A stretch of 32,329 nt of DNA from Bacteroidales bacterium (GCA_029935325.1 JAOZKO010000002.1:1-32329); one strand, 5' to 3'. Numbered from the stretch's first letter, positions 16,002 through 25,474 are shown. Notes: generated by a model not told the origin, from the letters alone. Numbers and translations are program-made.

Positions 16002-17819
16002 TCACTTCCCTTTTTTCTCCTTTTTATACTTTTTCCTATTTTCCTGCGATGGCAATAAATTCTCTTTTACTCCGCTAAAAATAGACTTTAGCAATATATT
16101 AATAAAGCCTTTGTTCATATCGCGCTGAGCATGAAACTCTACAATACGAAGTGGCAAACCTGGATTTACTGGATTATTAGAATATACCACAGTATTGGCA
16201 GCAAAGGATAAAATATGACTCCTGAATTTCTTCTTTTTTTCATGTTCTTTATCCTTTAAATCTAATTCAATATTCAGATTATCATATTCAAAAGTCATTT
16301 CCCCCTTGCTATAAGTACGACTAGCAAATCCATTAAAGCTCATATGTTTTATTTCCCCACTTTTAATCAATACTGGAGCAAAAGACCTAACTACAGAACT
16401 TATATTTGCAAGATTTGACTTAAAAACCTTTCCTTGGAAAGTGAAGTGATCCATATTATAATTAAAAAATATATTAATAGAAAAAGGAATGCTATTATGA
16501 ACTGTAGCAGTTGCATACAACCCAAGTTTCTGATTCAAATCTTTATTTTGGATATTTGTTAATTTAGCATCCAGTTTATTTATTTCAATATAGCTCAACT
16601 GTCCATCCTCTTGTCTTGCGCTAAACTTAACTTCAGCTCCACTAGCTTTTAAAACCTTTATTTCAATAGGAATTTTAATGCTAAAAATCTGCTTTGCTAA
16701 ATAATTTGGGAAATTATTCTTATTAATTTTCACCCTTTTATCTTTATACAAATCTGCAACGGCCCCTTCAATAAACAATGTGTCGGCAAATATTCCTTTT
16801 CCATCTATTAGTTTACGAAAGTCGATATCGGTAAGTCTAATGTTATTTGCTTTTACTTCGGGTCTTAGTTTCTGATATTTATACTTATTTGCAAATTCTT
16901 GCTTATTAAGGATGGGTTTTATATGAGCATTAGTAATGCTCAGCAATTTTTTACTTTCATCAATAGTCACATTATCGGTTGAAATAGAGTAAACACTATC
17001 TGCAGTAGTTAAATGCGGTTTAAAAAGTTGAATAATAAAATCTTTATAATCAAATTCAATATCACCTTCCTGTTTATCAGCACTGAGAGCACTTAAGCTA
17101 AATTGGAGTTTATCCAATCCAAATTGAGTTCCTTTATTGCTCTTAAACTTAGCTTCTTCTAAATTTGCTTTTAACTGAGTTAATGAAAATTCAAATTGAT
17201 TCATCACTTTACTATAAGACAATTGACTAACATCCAGATTAAATTTCTGGAAGCTATTAATAATATCCTTATTCTCATCACCATAATAGGATAGTTTAGC
17301 GTTAGTTAAGCTTAAATTGTTAATTTGAATTTCTAAAACTAATGAGTCATTCTTATCCTCCTTATGCAGAAATGCAAATGGTTGATAATCTCCTGAAGGA
17401 TTATCTAAAATAATATTAGATTCCTTAATAATAAAGTCATCAATGCTTATTTGATCTGAAGAAATAAAAGCCATTATATCTGCACCATTGAGCACAATCT
17501 TATTAATATTAATTTCCAAGCTACCATGTTTTTCAAAATAATCACTATTCAAGCTGTCAATGGGTTCTAAATGAATATCATATATTCTAACCTTCATTCC
17601 CATTAGGTTAATCCTTAGTGTTTTGAAATCTAGTTTATAATAATTTGCAATTTGAGTTTGGGAATAGATATTATGAATTTTCTCAGTAAGAATCTTACTA
17701 AAATTATTTGAAATATAGTAGAATACACTGCCGATAATAATAACTATTAAAATTAGAATCGTTGAAATTATCCTTTTACGCTTTGTGTTTTTCTTCTTTG
17801 ACTTCTGCTTTTTTGCCAT
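16002..17819 (-). CDS. Membrane-anchored beta-rich protein, possibly AsmA/DUF748-like; function unknown
   Basis: I prefer the ATG at 17819 (MAKKQKSKKKNTKRKR). It has a single N-terminal TM helix (IISTILILIVIIIGSVFYYI), then about 570 aa of repetitive beta-type sequence and a basic C-terminal end. The family assignment is from general architecture only. Confidence 0.6.
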   Translation of the reverse strand: MAKKQKSKKKNTKRKRIISTILILIVIIIGSVFYYISNNFSKILTEKIHNIYSQTQIANYYKLDFKTLRINLMGMKVRIYDIHLEPIDSLNSDYFEKHGSLEININKIVLNGADIMAFISSDQISIDDFIIKESNIILDNPSGDYQPFAFLHKEDKNDSLVLEIQINNLSLTNAKLSYYGDENKDIINSFQKFNLDVSQLSYSKVMNQFEFSLTQLKANLEEAKFKSNKGTQFGLDKLQFSLSALSADKQEGDIEFDYKDFIIQLFKPHLTTADSVYSISTDNVTIDESKKLLSITNAHIKPILNKQEFANKYKYQKLRPEVKANNIRLTDIDFRKLIDGKGIFADTLFIEGAVADLYKDKRVKINKNNFPNYLAKQIFSIKIPIEIKVLKASGAEVKFSARQEDGQLSYIEINKLDAKLTNIQNKDLNQKLGLYATATVHNSIPFSINIFFNYNMDHFTFQGKVFKSNLANISSVVRSFAPVLIKSGEIKHMSFNGFASRTYSKGEMTFEYDNLNIELDLKDKEHEKKKKFRSHILSFAANTVVYSNNPVNPGLPLRIVEFHAQRDMNKGFINILLKSIFSGVKENLLPSQENRKKYKKEKKGK

Positions 17820-17962
17820 GATGTAAAGATATGGAAATTCCAATATCCTTTTTCAAATAAATTATTGGGCAATATGGAAGCTCAGGAAAAATTGATTTGG
17901 TTTGTATTTTAAAGTCCCTAATTACTACCACAATTTTCTATACTTTCGCATAAAATTAGCAA

Positions 17963-19339
17963 ATGGCAAAATCTAAAACAAGTTTTTTTTGTAGGGAGTG
18001 TGGTTCGGAGCATTCAAAATGGATGGGAAAATGTTCAGTTTGTGGACAATGGAACACCATAAGCGAAGAGGTAATTAGAATAGAAAAAGCTCCGAAATGG
18101 AAAAAGGAAGAAGGAAAAAAACAAAGGAATAAGCCACAAGCTGTGCATAAAATGACCTCATCCAATGAGGATCGCATAGATTTGAATAATGCTGAACTTA
18201 ATCGGGTTCTTGGCGGAGGATTAGTAAAAGGCAGCTTGGTACTTGTTGGTGGAGAGCCTGGAATTGGCAAATCAACATTATTATTACAAGTGGCGTTAAA
18301 AGCAAATAATCTCAAAATACTATATGTTTCTGGTGAAGAAAGCGCACAACAAATTCGCATGCGTGCTGATAGAATAGGTGTTGATAACGAACATTGCTAT
18401 ATTTTAAATGAAACCCGTACTGATGAAATTTTTATGCATTTAGCAAATATGGATGTGGATTTACTAGTTGTGGATTCAATCCAAACTTTGCAAACCGAGA
18501 AGGTGGATAGTACTGCTGGTAGTATTTCGCAAATTAGAGAAAGTGCTGGCGAATTGCAGCGATTTGCCAAGGAAAGCCATATTCCTGTTTTTATAGTAGG
18601 ACATATTACTAAGGATGGTAGCATTGCTGGGCCAAAAATTCTTGAGCATATGGTTGATACTGTTCTTCAATTTGAAGGAGATAGAAACTATGGCTATAGA
18701 TTATTACGATCTCATAAAAACAGATTTGGCTCAACATCAGAGCTCGGAATTTATGAAATGCGCTCCAATGGAATGCGAGAAGTTAGCAATCCTTCTGAAA
18801 TATTAATTTCCCAACGCGATGAGCAAAGTAGTGGCGTTGCAATTACTGCAACAATGGAGGGCGGAAGGCCTATGCTTATTGAGGTACAAGCTTTGACAAG
18901 CTCCGCAGTTTATGGAACACCACAAAGAAGTGCCACAGGCTTTGATACTCGAAGACTGAATATGTTATTGGCAGTTTTGGAGAAAAAAGCTGGTTTTAAA
19001 TTGGGAGCAAAGGATGTGTTTCTGAATATTGCAGGAGGAATAAAGGTGGACGATCCCGCAATTGATTTAGCGGTAGTATGCTCTATTCTTTCTTCAAATT
19101 ATGATTTACCAATCCCCGATAAAACTTGTTTTGCTGCCGAAGTTGGTTTATCAGGAGAAATTCGCACAGTAAACCATGCCGAGCAAAGAATCCGCGAAGC
19201 AGAGAAATTGGGTTTTGAAAGAATTTATATTTCTAAATTCAGCATGAAGGGTATTCAGCAAAAAGACTATTCCATTAAAATTATTGGCAATAGCCGACTT
19301 GAGCAGGTTTTTAAATCGCTTTTTGCTACGAAAGATTAA
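17963..19339 (+). CDS. radA: DNA repair protein RadA/Sms
   Basis: Zinc ribbon CRECGSEHSKWMGKCSVCGQWNT, Walker A GGEPGIGKSTL, the RadA motif HKNRFGSTSELG and a Lon-protease-like C-terminal domain are present. Confidence 0.97.
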   Translation: MAKSKTSFFCRECGSEHSKWMGKCSVCGQWNTISEEVIRIEKAPKWKKEEGKKQRNKPQAVHKMTSSNEDRIDLNNAELNRVLGGGLVKGSLVLVGGEPGIGKSTLLLQVALKANNLKILYVSGEESAQQIRMRADRIGVDNEHCYILNETRTDEIFMHLANMDVDLLVVDSIQTLQTEKVDSTAGSISQIRESAGELQRFAKESHIPVFIVGHITKDGSIAGPKILEHMVDTVLQFEGDRNYGYRLLRSHKNRFGSTSELGIYEMRSNGMREVSNPSEILISQRDEQSSGVAITATMEGGRPMLIEVQALTSSAVYGTPQRSATGFDTRRLNMLLAVLEKKAGFKLGAKDVFLNIAGGIKVDDPAIDLAVVCSILSSNYDLPIPDKTCFAAEVGLSGEIRTVNHAEQRIREAEKLGFERIYISKFSMKGIQQKDYSIKIIGNSRLEQVFKSLFATKD

Positions 19340-19342
19340 TAG

Positions 19343-19597
19343 CTAGAGGCCTTTAATATCAATTACCTTCTCTGTCTTTTTTGAATTTGGTGGATTATCA
19401 GCCAATCCTTGCAATTCAATTACAAAGCGCTCGATATCAGCCGTATTAAAGCCTTTTTCTTCAGCGGCTTCCTCAAGACTGCCCCAAATTGGTTCACCAC
19501 AAACAATGCAGCGGATGCCCTCTTTCATCAAGTATTCTACTGAACTTGGCAATTCTTCTATTAATTCCTCTATTGTAATATCCTTAGTGATTTTCAT
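19343..19597 (-). CDS. DUF1858 / hybrid-cluster-protein-associated redox disulfide domain protein
   Basis: 84 aa. ITIEELIEELPSSVEYLMKEGIRCIVCGEPIWGSLEEAAEEKGFN matches the DUF1858 CxxC small-protein pattern. Confidence 0.7.
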   Translation of the reverse strand: MKITKDITIEELIEELPSSVEYLMKEGIRCIVCGEPIWGSLEEAAEEKGFNTADIERFVIELQGLADNPPNSKKTEKVIDIKGL

Positions 19598-19631
19598 GTC
19601 CGTATCATAAGTTTATGAAATTTATTGCTTG

Positions 19632-19639
19632 CAAAATTA
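19632..19639 (-). promoter_or_regulatory. -7 promoter motif for the DUF1858 gene
   Basis: The minus strand reads TAATTTTG, and the ATG is at 19597. Confidence 0.45.
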
Positions 19640-19685
19640 GTTCAAATATAATTTACAAAGACCAAATTAGATTGGATTTTTCTTT

Positions 19686-19693
19686 TATTTTTG
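19686..19693 (+). promoter_or_regulatory. -7 promoter motif for pabA
   Basis: TATTTTTG, with the ATG at 19732. Confidence 0.45.
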
Positions 19694-19731
19694 CTTGATT
19701 ATCGTCAGGCTTTTTACAAACATCAACCATA

Positions 19732-20304
19732 ATGAAGCTATTAATTATTGACAATTTTGATTCATTTACTTATAATCTACAGCATTATGCCAAGCAATTT
19801 TGCCAAAGCGTAGTGGTAAAAAGAAATAATGAAATTGATATTGAAGAAATTAACCTTTATGATGGTATAATCATTTCTCCGGGGCCAGGATTGCCGAAGG
19901 ATTCTGGAATTACAATAAATACAATAAAAACCTATGCTTCTACGAAAAAAATCCTTGGGGTTTGTTTGGGTCATCAAGCTATAGCTGAGGTTTTTGGCGC
20001 TCAACTTATAAATTTAAAAGCGCCATTGCACGGAATAGCTATTGAAACAAATACTACCGATACCAAAGATTTACTATTTGATGAAATCCCAAATACATTT
20101 GAAAGTGGTCGTTATCATTCTTGGGTAGTGGATCCTGAGAGTTTATTAAATACTCCGTTTGATATAATTGCAACAGATAAACTGAATCAAATACAAGCAA
20201 TAAAACACACAAAGTATAATCTCCGTGGAGTACAATTTCATCCTGAATCAGTACTTACGGAATATGGTTTAAAGATGATTGAAAACTGGATAAAAAAATG
20301 TTAG
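19732..20304 (+). CDS. pabA: Class I glutamine amidotransferase, anthranilate/aminodeoxychorismate synthase component II
   Basis: 190 aa with LLIDNFDSFTYNL, catalytic Cys in GVCLGHQAI and the His-Glu pair in QFHPES. No trpE or pabB partner is adjacent, so PabA versus TrpG is unresolved. Confidence 0.88.
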   Translation: MKLLIIDNFDSFTYNLQHYAKQFCQSVVVKRNNEIDIEEINLYDGIIISPGPGLPKDSGITINTIKTYASTKKILGVCLGHQAIAEVFGAQLINLKAPLHGIAIETNTTDTKDLLFDEIPNTFESGRYHSWVVDPESLLNTPFDIIATDKLNQIQAIKHTKYNLRGVQFHPESVLTEYGLKMIENWIKKC

Positions 20305-20319
20305 TTTATTAAATCTGCT

Positions 20320-21363
20320 CTACTTTTTTAATGTATCAGATGGAATTTCCGCATATTCAAAGCTTTCCAAAATAGCTTCAACATGTAACATCAAATCTCT
20401 TTTTTCCTTTTTCGGGGCTTTTATATATCCATCAATGGTTATCAATCTGCTGGCAAAATTATCAACAAAAGTATAACTAAGGAAAGGTCCTCCCATGGGA
20501 TAGCCTTTCACATCCCATAATGAGCGCAACTGAACTGCATAATGTCCTTTAAAATCTAGCTGTTTTGAATATGGAGGAAAGATATCAGACACTTTCATAT
20601 ATGAATTGTCAATTGGACCTGGAATAAACTGCTTGGTTATACTATTTCTTAGTTTAATAATATTAGACATATTAAAACTTGCTGTATCACTATATGGAAT
20701 TGTATAAATAAATATCCCCTCTTCAATATCCTTTGTTTGACGTCGTAACCAAACAAAATCTGCTCTATTCATCGCCATATAAAAGCCTTTAGGAAGAACA
20801 ATACTAAAGCCAAATTTTTTATTTAATTGATCACCTAACTTTTTTTCTTCTAAGCCTTTATAAGCATTATTAATGCGCTTTAATTCATTTTTATGGAAAG
20901 CAGACTTAATTTGATCTTTAAATTTCACAAAAGAATTAGTTAATGATTCCATATCATTGGCCTTAATTACTATAACTGTTTGTGGTTTAGCATAACGATT
21001 ATTTTTCAATTCTACTTTTGGCTTTGATAAATCTTCTTTCTTAATAAAAAGAATATTTCGCTGTTTTTGATAAGTACTACCAAAAGTTTTGTAAGGTATT
21101 TGGCTTACAATATACTCAGGCTCTAATCTAGCTGACCAATCTGGAACATTTAATAAGCTCGCCCTAATACTGTCACCTAAAGCTGACTTCCATAAATTAT
21201 CACTAATAACAACCAATACTTCGGATGTTCGTCCTCCTGATGTAAACAATATGCTTTGGCTTGAATTATTATTTGATTCATCGCCACATGAAGAAATAAA
21301 AAGGCTAAGGAATATTGATGCAATAAATAAGCTCTGTATTCTTTTTAAAATTAATTTATTCAT
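20320..21363 (-). CDS. Lipoprotein, DUF4837-like
   Basis: I prefer the ATG at 21363 (MNKLILKRIQSLFIASIFLSLFISSCGDE, lipobox). EVLVVISDNLWKSALGDSIRASL...LEPEYIV..IPYKTF...QRNILFIK resembles DUF4837 as I recall it. The track start at 21399 adds 12 residues. Confidence 0.6.
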   Translation of the reverse strand: MNKLILKRIQSLFIASIFLSLFISSCGDESNNNSSQSILFTSGGRTSEVLVVISDNLWKSALGDSIRASLLNVPDWSARLEPEYIVSQIPYKTFGSTYQKQRNILFIKKEDLSKPKVELKNNRYAKPQTVIVIKANDMESLTNSFVKFKDQIKSAFHKNELKRINNAYKGLEEKKLGDQLNKKFGFSIVLPKGFYMAMNRADFVWLRRQTKDIEEGIFIYTIPYSDTASFNMSNIIKLRNSITKQFIPGPIDNSYMKVSDIFPPYSKQLDFKGHYAVQLRSLWDVKGYPMGGPFLSYTFVDNFASRLITIDGYIKAPKKEKRDLMLHVEAILESFEYAEIPSDTLKK

Positions 21364-21402
21364 ATGTAATATTTTATGTTGTTCAACCGCCTTGTACAAT
21401 AA

Positions 21403-22428
21403 TTATTCCGAAATTTCGCCAACCCAAGATTTAATAAATCTAGCAACAATTTTACTATTATTCTTTTCTTCGCCCAAAATCACCATTAGCTTAGCTATTG
21501 CTGATGATATGGTCATATCCTTGGCTCCAATAACACCAATTTCTTTCATTTGGCGTGATGTTTCATATTTTCCCATTTCCACACTTCCACCAATACATTG
21601 GCTAACATTAAAAATCACCAGTCCATTATCAATAGCTTGCTTCAAAAGGGAAATAAACCAAGGTTTTGTAAATGCATTACCAGCTCCATAGGTTTCTAGC
21701 ACCAGGGCTCTTAGGTTCTTGGCTTCTAGAACTGCCTCCACAAAACTTGCTTGCATTCCAGGGAATACTTTAAGGATCCCTACATTAGAATCTAGCTTAT
21801 TATGCAATTTTAGTTTTTTGAAATTTGGCTTCAGAATATTTTCTTTATAAAATTTTAGCTTCACGCCTGACTCCCCTAATAGTGGATAATTTCCAGATTT
21901 AAAAGCATTGAAGTTCTCAGCATTATACTTATATGTACGATTTCCACGGTATAATTTATTTTCAAAAAACACACATACTTCGGGCACCATTGGAGTTTCA
22001 TCATCTTTTGCTGCAGCAAATTCTAATGCGCTAATAAAATTCTCTCTTCCGTCGGTTCTTATCACTCCCAATGGAAGTTGTGAGCCCGTTATTATTACCG
22101 GTTTATTAAGGTTTTGTAAAACAAAGCTTAATGCAGAAGCAGTATATGACATAGTATCAGAACCGTGAAGGATAACAAATCCATCATATTCCTCATAATT
22201 GGACTTAATTATTTCTGCCATTTCCAGCCATTGCTCTGGTAATATATCTGATGAATCGATTAGTGGATCAAAAGAGATAGCATTAATCTTATAATCCAAT
22301 CTTCTAAATTCAGGGATATATTCATCTATATTCTCGATATCAAAAGGAATTAGAGATCCCGTTTGCTCGTCTTGAACCATCCCAATGGTTCCACCAGTAT
22401 ATATCACTAAAATAGAAGTATCTGTCAT
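21403..22428 (-). CDS. ansA: Type I (cytoplasmic) L-asparaginase
   Basis: 341 aa with the catalytic motif VIYTGGTIGM and the second motif ILHGSDTMSYTASAL. No signal peptide. Confidence 0.92.
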   Translation of the reverse strand: MTDTSILVIYTGGTIGMVQDEQTGSLIPFDIENIDEYIPEFRRLDYKINAISFDPLIDSSDILPEQWLEMAEIIKSNYEEYDGFVILHGSDTMSYTASALSFVLQNLNKPVIITGSQLPLGVIRTDGRENFISALEFAAAKDDETPMVPEVCVFFENKLYRGNRTYKYNAENFNAFKSGNYPLLGESGVKLKFYKENILKPNFKKLKLHNKLDSNVGILKVFPGMQASFVEAVLEAKNLRALVLETYGAGNAFTKPWFISLLKQAIDNGLVIFNVSQCIGGSVEMGKYETSRQMKEIGVIGAKDMTISSAIAKLMVILGEEKNNSKIVARFIKSWVGEISE

Positions 22429-22431
22429 ATC

Positions 22432-23202
22432 TTATTGTATTTGAAATAATTTCTTAGCATTTTCGCTTGTAATATTGGCTATTTGCTCAATGCTTAGATT
22501 CTTAGTCTCCGCTAACTTCTGTGCAACTAACATAACATAAGCACTTTCATTTCTTTTTCCTCTATAGGGACTTGGCGTTAAATATGGTGAATCTGTCTCT
22601 AAAACAAGATGTTTTAAGTCTATGCTTTTTATTTCTTGTGATAAACCAGAATTTTTAAATGTTAAAACACCACCAATACCTAATAAAAAGCCTAATTCAA
22701 TAATACTTTCAGCTTGTTTTTGACTTCCCGTAAAACAATGAAAAACCCCATGCAATTTAGGATTATTGAACTCTTTAATTACCTCAATAATCTCTTTTAA
22801 AGAATCTCTAGAATGTAAAACCACTGGCAAATTATAATCAATTGCCCACTGAAACTGCTCAAGTAAAGCAATTCTTTGCTCATTGGCATAAGTTTTATCC
22901 CAATATAAGTCTATTCCTATTTCACCAATTGCTATATATCTATTCTTTTCTAATTGAGATTTAATATGGCTTAAAACTCCCTTATAGTTTTGGTCTACTG
23001 AAGTTGGATGCAGTCCCATCATCGGGAAACAATTATCAGGATACTGATTACAAAGCTTATGCATTGGTTCAATGCTTTCAACATCAATGTTTGGTAACAA
23101 GAATTTTTCTACTCCTTGATTAATTGCTCTGTTTATTATTAAATCACGATCAGAATCAAACTTATCGGAATAAAGGTGAGTATGGGTATCTATTAAAATC
23201 AT
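22432..23202 (-). CDS. TatD-family metal-dependent hydrolase (DNase)
   Basis: 256 aa with LIDTHTHLY, GEIGIDLYW, VVLHSRDS and LETDSPYLTP, the TatD/YcfH metal-ligand motifs. The stop is 3 nt before the ansA start. Confidence 0.92.
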   Translation of the reverse strand: MILIDTHTHLYSDKFDSDRDLIINRAINQGVEKFLLPNIDVESIEPMHKLCNQYPDNCFPMMGLHPTSVDQNYKGVLSHIKSQLEKNRYIAIGEIGIDLYWDKTYANEQRIALLEQFQWAIDYNLPVVLHSRDSLKEIIEVIKEFNNPKLHGVFHCFTGSQKQAESIIELGFLLGIGGVLTFKNSGLSQEIKSIDLKHLVLETDSPYLTPSPYRGKRNESAYVMLVAQKLAETKNLSIEQIANITSENAKKLFQIQ

Positions 23203-23206
23203 GCTG

Positions 23207-23214
23207 CAAAATTA
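23207..23214 (-). promoter_or_regulatory. -7 promoter motif immediately upstream of the TatD-ansA-lipoprotein unit
   Basis: The minus strand reads TAATTTTG, with only 4 nt between the motif and the ATG at 23202. Confidence 0.4.
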
Positions 23215-23235
23215 GGAATTTAAATGTAGCTCTTC

Positions 23236-23243
23236 TATCTTTG
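23236..23243 (+). promoter_or_regulatory. -7 promoter motif for the GT9 gene
   Basis: TATCTTTG, with the ATG at 23278. Confidence 0.45.
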
Positions 23244-23277
23244 CACTAATTCTTTTTAAATTATTATTATAAATAGT

Positions 23278-24258
23278 ATGAAATTCCTTATTATTCGGTT
23301 TAGTTCCATTGGCGATATAGTTTTGACCACACCTGTTATGAGGGTGTTGGCGCAAAATACTGATAATAATATTATACACTATATTACTAAAGAAAAATTT
23401 TCAGCAGTACTATTTCACAATCCATACATCAATAAGTTATTTACTTTCAAAAAGGAAATTACAGAAATTCAGGATCAATTAATGGATGAGGATTACGATT
23501 ATATTTTAGATTTACATCAGAATTTAAGATCAAAAAGATTAATTGCAAAACTTCGGAAGCCTTTTAAAACCGTAAATAAGTTGAATTACGAAAAGTGGAT
23601 TAGAGTTAATCTTAAATGGGATATTCTACCTCCTGTACATATTGTAGATAGGTATCTGGATACAGTTTCCTTTTGGAATTATAAATACGATGGCAAGGGT
23701 TTAGATTATTTTATAAGCGAAGCCGATGAAGATATATTTAGCAAAATTGATTTAAAGAATAGTGATGATTATAATGTTTTTGTAATTGGTGGCGCTCATC
23801 AAACAAAACAGACCCCCAATGATATTATTATTAAGATTGGTAAAGCATCGAATTCAATAATTGTTCTTTTAGGAGGAAAAGAGGACACCACAAAAGCTGC
23901 TGAGATCAAAAATAAAATTGGTGAAAAGTGCATGGATTTAACTGGGCAACTTAGTTTAAATCAGTCTGCTGCAGTAGTAAAATACTGCAAAAAAATACTC
24001 ACACCTGATACTGGTTTAATGCATATTGCTGCGGCATTTAACAAAGAAATAATTAGTGTTTGGGGAAATACCATTCCAGAGTTTGGTATGTACGCACTTT
24101 TGCCAAATGGTGAAGAAAAGAAATCACATATTTTTGAAGTGAAGAATCTAAAATGCAGACCCTGTAGTAAAATAGGATATAAAAAATGTCCTAAGAAGCA
24201 TTTTGATTGTATGCTAAAGCAGGATGTGGATGGGATTATTGGAGTGTTGAATTCTTAG
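23278..24258 (+). CDS. Glycosyltransferase family 9 (heptosyltransferase-like)
   Basis: 326 aa. The N-terminus KFLIIRFSSIGDIVLTTPVMRVL and the C-terminal half TPDTGLMHIAAAFNKEIISVWG are typical GT9 signatures. Confidence 0.85.
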   Translation: MKFLIIRFSSIGDIVLTTPVMRVLAQNTDNNIIHYITKEKFSAVLFHNPYINKLFTFKKEITEIQDQLMDEDYDYILDLHQNLRSKRLIAKLRKPFKTVNKLNYEKWIRVNLKWDILPPVHIVDRYLDTVSFWNYKYDGKGLDYFISEADEDIFSKIDLKNSDDYNVFVIGGAHQTKQTPNDIIIKIGKASNSIIVLLGGKEDTTKAAEIKNKIGEKCMDLTGQLSLNQSAAVVKYCKKILTPDTGLMHIAAAFNKEIISVWGNTIPEFGMYALLPNGEEKKSHIFEVKNLKCRPCSKIGYKKCPKKHFDCMLKQDVDGIIGVLNS

Positions 24259-24287
24259 TCTGTTTCTAAGGTAATACTTTAATAATA

Positions 24288-24342
24288 TTTTGTTTCTCAC
24301 AAAGACACTAAGGTACAAAGATTTGCTTATTTGTAAATTATA
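24288..24342 (-). repeat. Dispersed 55-nt intergenic repeat, copy 2 (reverse orientation)
   Basis: The reverse complement reads tatataatttacaaataagcaaatCTTTGTACCTTAGTGTCTTTGTGAgaaacaaaa. It has the same octamer architecture and the same GAGAAACAAAA end as 3983-4037. It begins 30 nt after the GT9 stop. Confidence 0.65.
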
Positions 24343-24453
24343 TAACTTATCAATTTATTAAACCCCTTCATTTCAATTTGTTATAAATCACGAAGTGTTT
24401 TGTCATAATTTTTGTTGAAAAAACAAAAATATACGCCAAAACTACCATGCTAA

Positions 24454-24490
24454 TAATAATAGCCATGCGCTTCACCCATGGCTATTATTA
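24454..24490. repeat. Perfect 14-bp inverted repeat (hairpin), possible bidirectional terminator in a convergent spacer
   Basis: The arms are taataatagccatg (24454-24467) and catggctattatta (24477-24490), with the loop cgcttcacc. No U-tract follows on either strand, so terminator function is inferred only from its position between the GT9 gene and the coiled-coil gene. Confidence 0.5.
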
Positions 24491-24553
24491 CCTGACACCT
24501 TCAAGGTCAGCGATATATACAGTGCTTAGTAATATAAATTAACAAGCGTGATT

Positions 24554-25474
24554 TTATTCCAATATAAATTGGCTCATGCCAATCTTACGGCCATCCATAT
24601 AGATAGAGATACTATATTTTCCCTTCATAGCTGGAGTATCAGTTTGTTTATCCCAGTTTAACTCCACATTTATAGCTTTGTTTTTATAATCCAAATCTTT
24701 TTTCATGGAGAACTGCAATCGAGTTCCATTAGCTTCAAAGCTATACTCATCGCCTCTACCTTTAGCTATTATCAGTCCATCAGGCCTTGCTATACGTATA
24801 TATGCTGTCCGCAGACCTGGTTCTGCCAATGGATTTTCGCTTACCGTAAATCGTATTTTTACTCGATCAACACGTCTAGCTTTATAGGTTTCTATTTCAC
24901 GTTTATTTTTACCCTTTAGATTAAAGGTGGATCCTTTTACATTATACGCTTTCAGCACTGCACTAGCCTCCATTATCTGCGTAAGGTGTTCCTTTTCTTC
25001 TTTTAGCTGTACCGCTTGACGGTCTTTAGTATTTATTTGCTTGTGGGCTATATCCAATTCCTCCGTTAAATGCTTATTTGCAGTATATAACGAATCCAAC
25101 TGATCAACATAGCTTTGGTGAATAGTCCTTAAGTAATTAAGTTTTCGTTTAATGCGCCTATAGTCAGAGCTCTTTGCAATCAGCTTTTTAATTTCCTCAG
25201 CATTGGCCATTATCACGCTATCCTTTTGCTGAGCTTGCTCAGTTAAATCACCGTAATCTTTTTTAACACTGAGATGTTCCATCATTAGAGAATCTAGCTC
25301 TCCTGTTAAATCTAGGCGAATTTCTTCTTTTTCATGGGTTACGGCTTTTATTTCTTCGCGAGAATAAAGCAATATCCATAGAAGAACTGCAATTATTGCT
25401 ACCAATATTCCTATGGTTACTTTATAACCGGTAGTACTTCCCTTTTTTACTTCTGCAATTTGTTTCTTTTCCAT
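24554..25474 (-). CDS. Membrane-anchored coiled-coil protein with beta-rich C-terminal domain; function unknown
   Basis: 306 aa with an ATG start and a TM helix (YKVTIGILVAIIAVLLWILLY). About 140 aa of heptad-like coiled coil follows, then a C-terminal ~130 aa beta-type domain (VKIRFTVSENPLAEPG...YIRIARPDG...KGKYSISIYMDGRKIG). Confidence 0.65.
   Translation of the reverse strand: MEKKQIAEVKKGSTTGYKVTIGILVAIIAVLLWILLYSREEIKAVTHEKEEIRLDLTGELDSLMMEHLSVKKDYGDLTEQAQQKDSVIMANAEEIKKLIAKSSDYRRIKRKLNYLRTIHQSYVDQLDSLYTANKHLTEELDIAHKQINTKDRQAVQLKEEKEHLTQIMEASAVLKAYNVKGSTFNLKGKNKREIETYKARRVDRVKIRFTVSENPLAEPGLRTAYIRIARPDGLIIAKGRGDEYSFEANGTRLQFSMKKDLDYKNKAINVELNWDKQTDTPAMKGKYSISIYMDGRKIGMSQFILE

Noticed and set aside
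17956-18360. 134-aa ORF on the minus strand overlapping the 5' part of radA, plus smaller ones at 18397-18624, 18476-18670 and 18615-18806.
   Set aside because: They lie entirely inside or antisense to radA, whose identity is unambiguous. They have low-complexity Ser/Pro/Cys-rich composition and no motifs. These are shadow ORFs.
21251-21691. 146-aa plus-strand ORF spanning the junction of the asparaginase and lipoprotein genes, plus 21908-22168 and 19777-20004.
   Set aside because: They are antisense to well-supported genes, hydrophobic or low-complexity, and have no promoter motif. Shadow ORFs.
24424-24444. Two further perfect minus-strand TAnnTTTG matches (24431-24424 and 24444-24437) in a convergent spacer, which could be orphan antisense promoters.
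   Set aside because: One is simply half of an AT-rich palindrome. Neither has a downstream ORF or structure. I take them as examples of the chance background for this degenerate motif.
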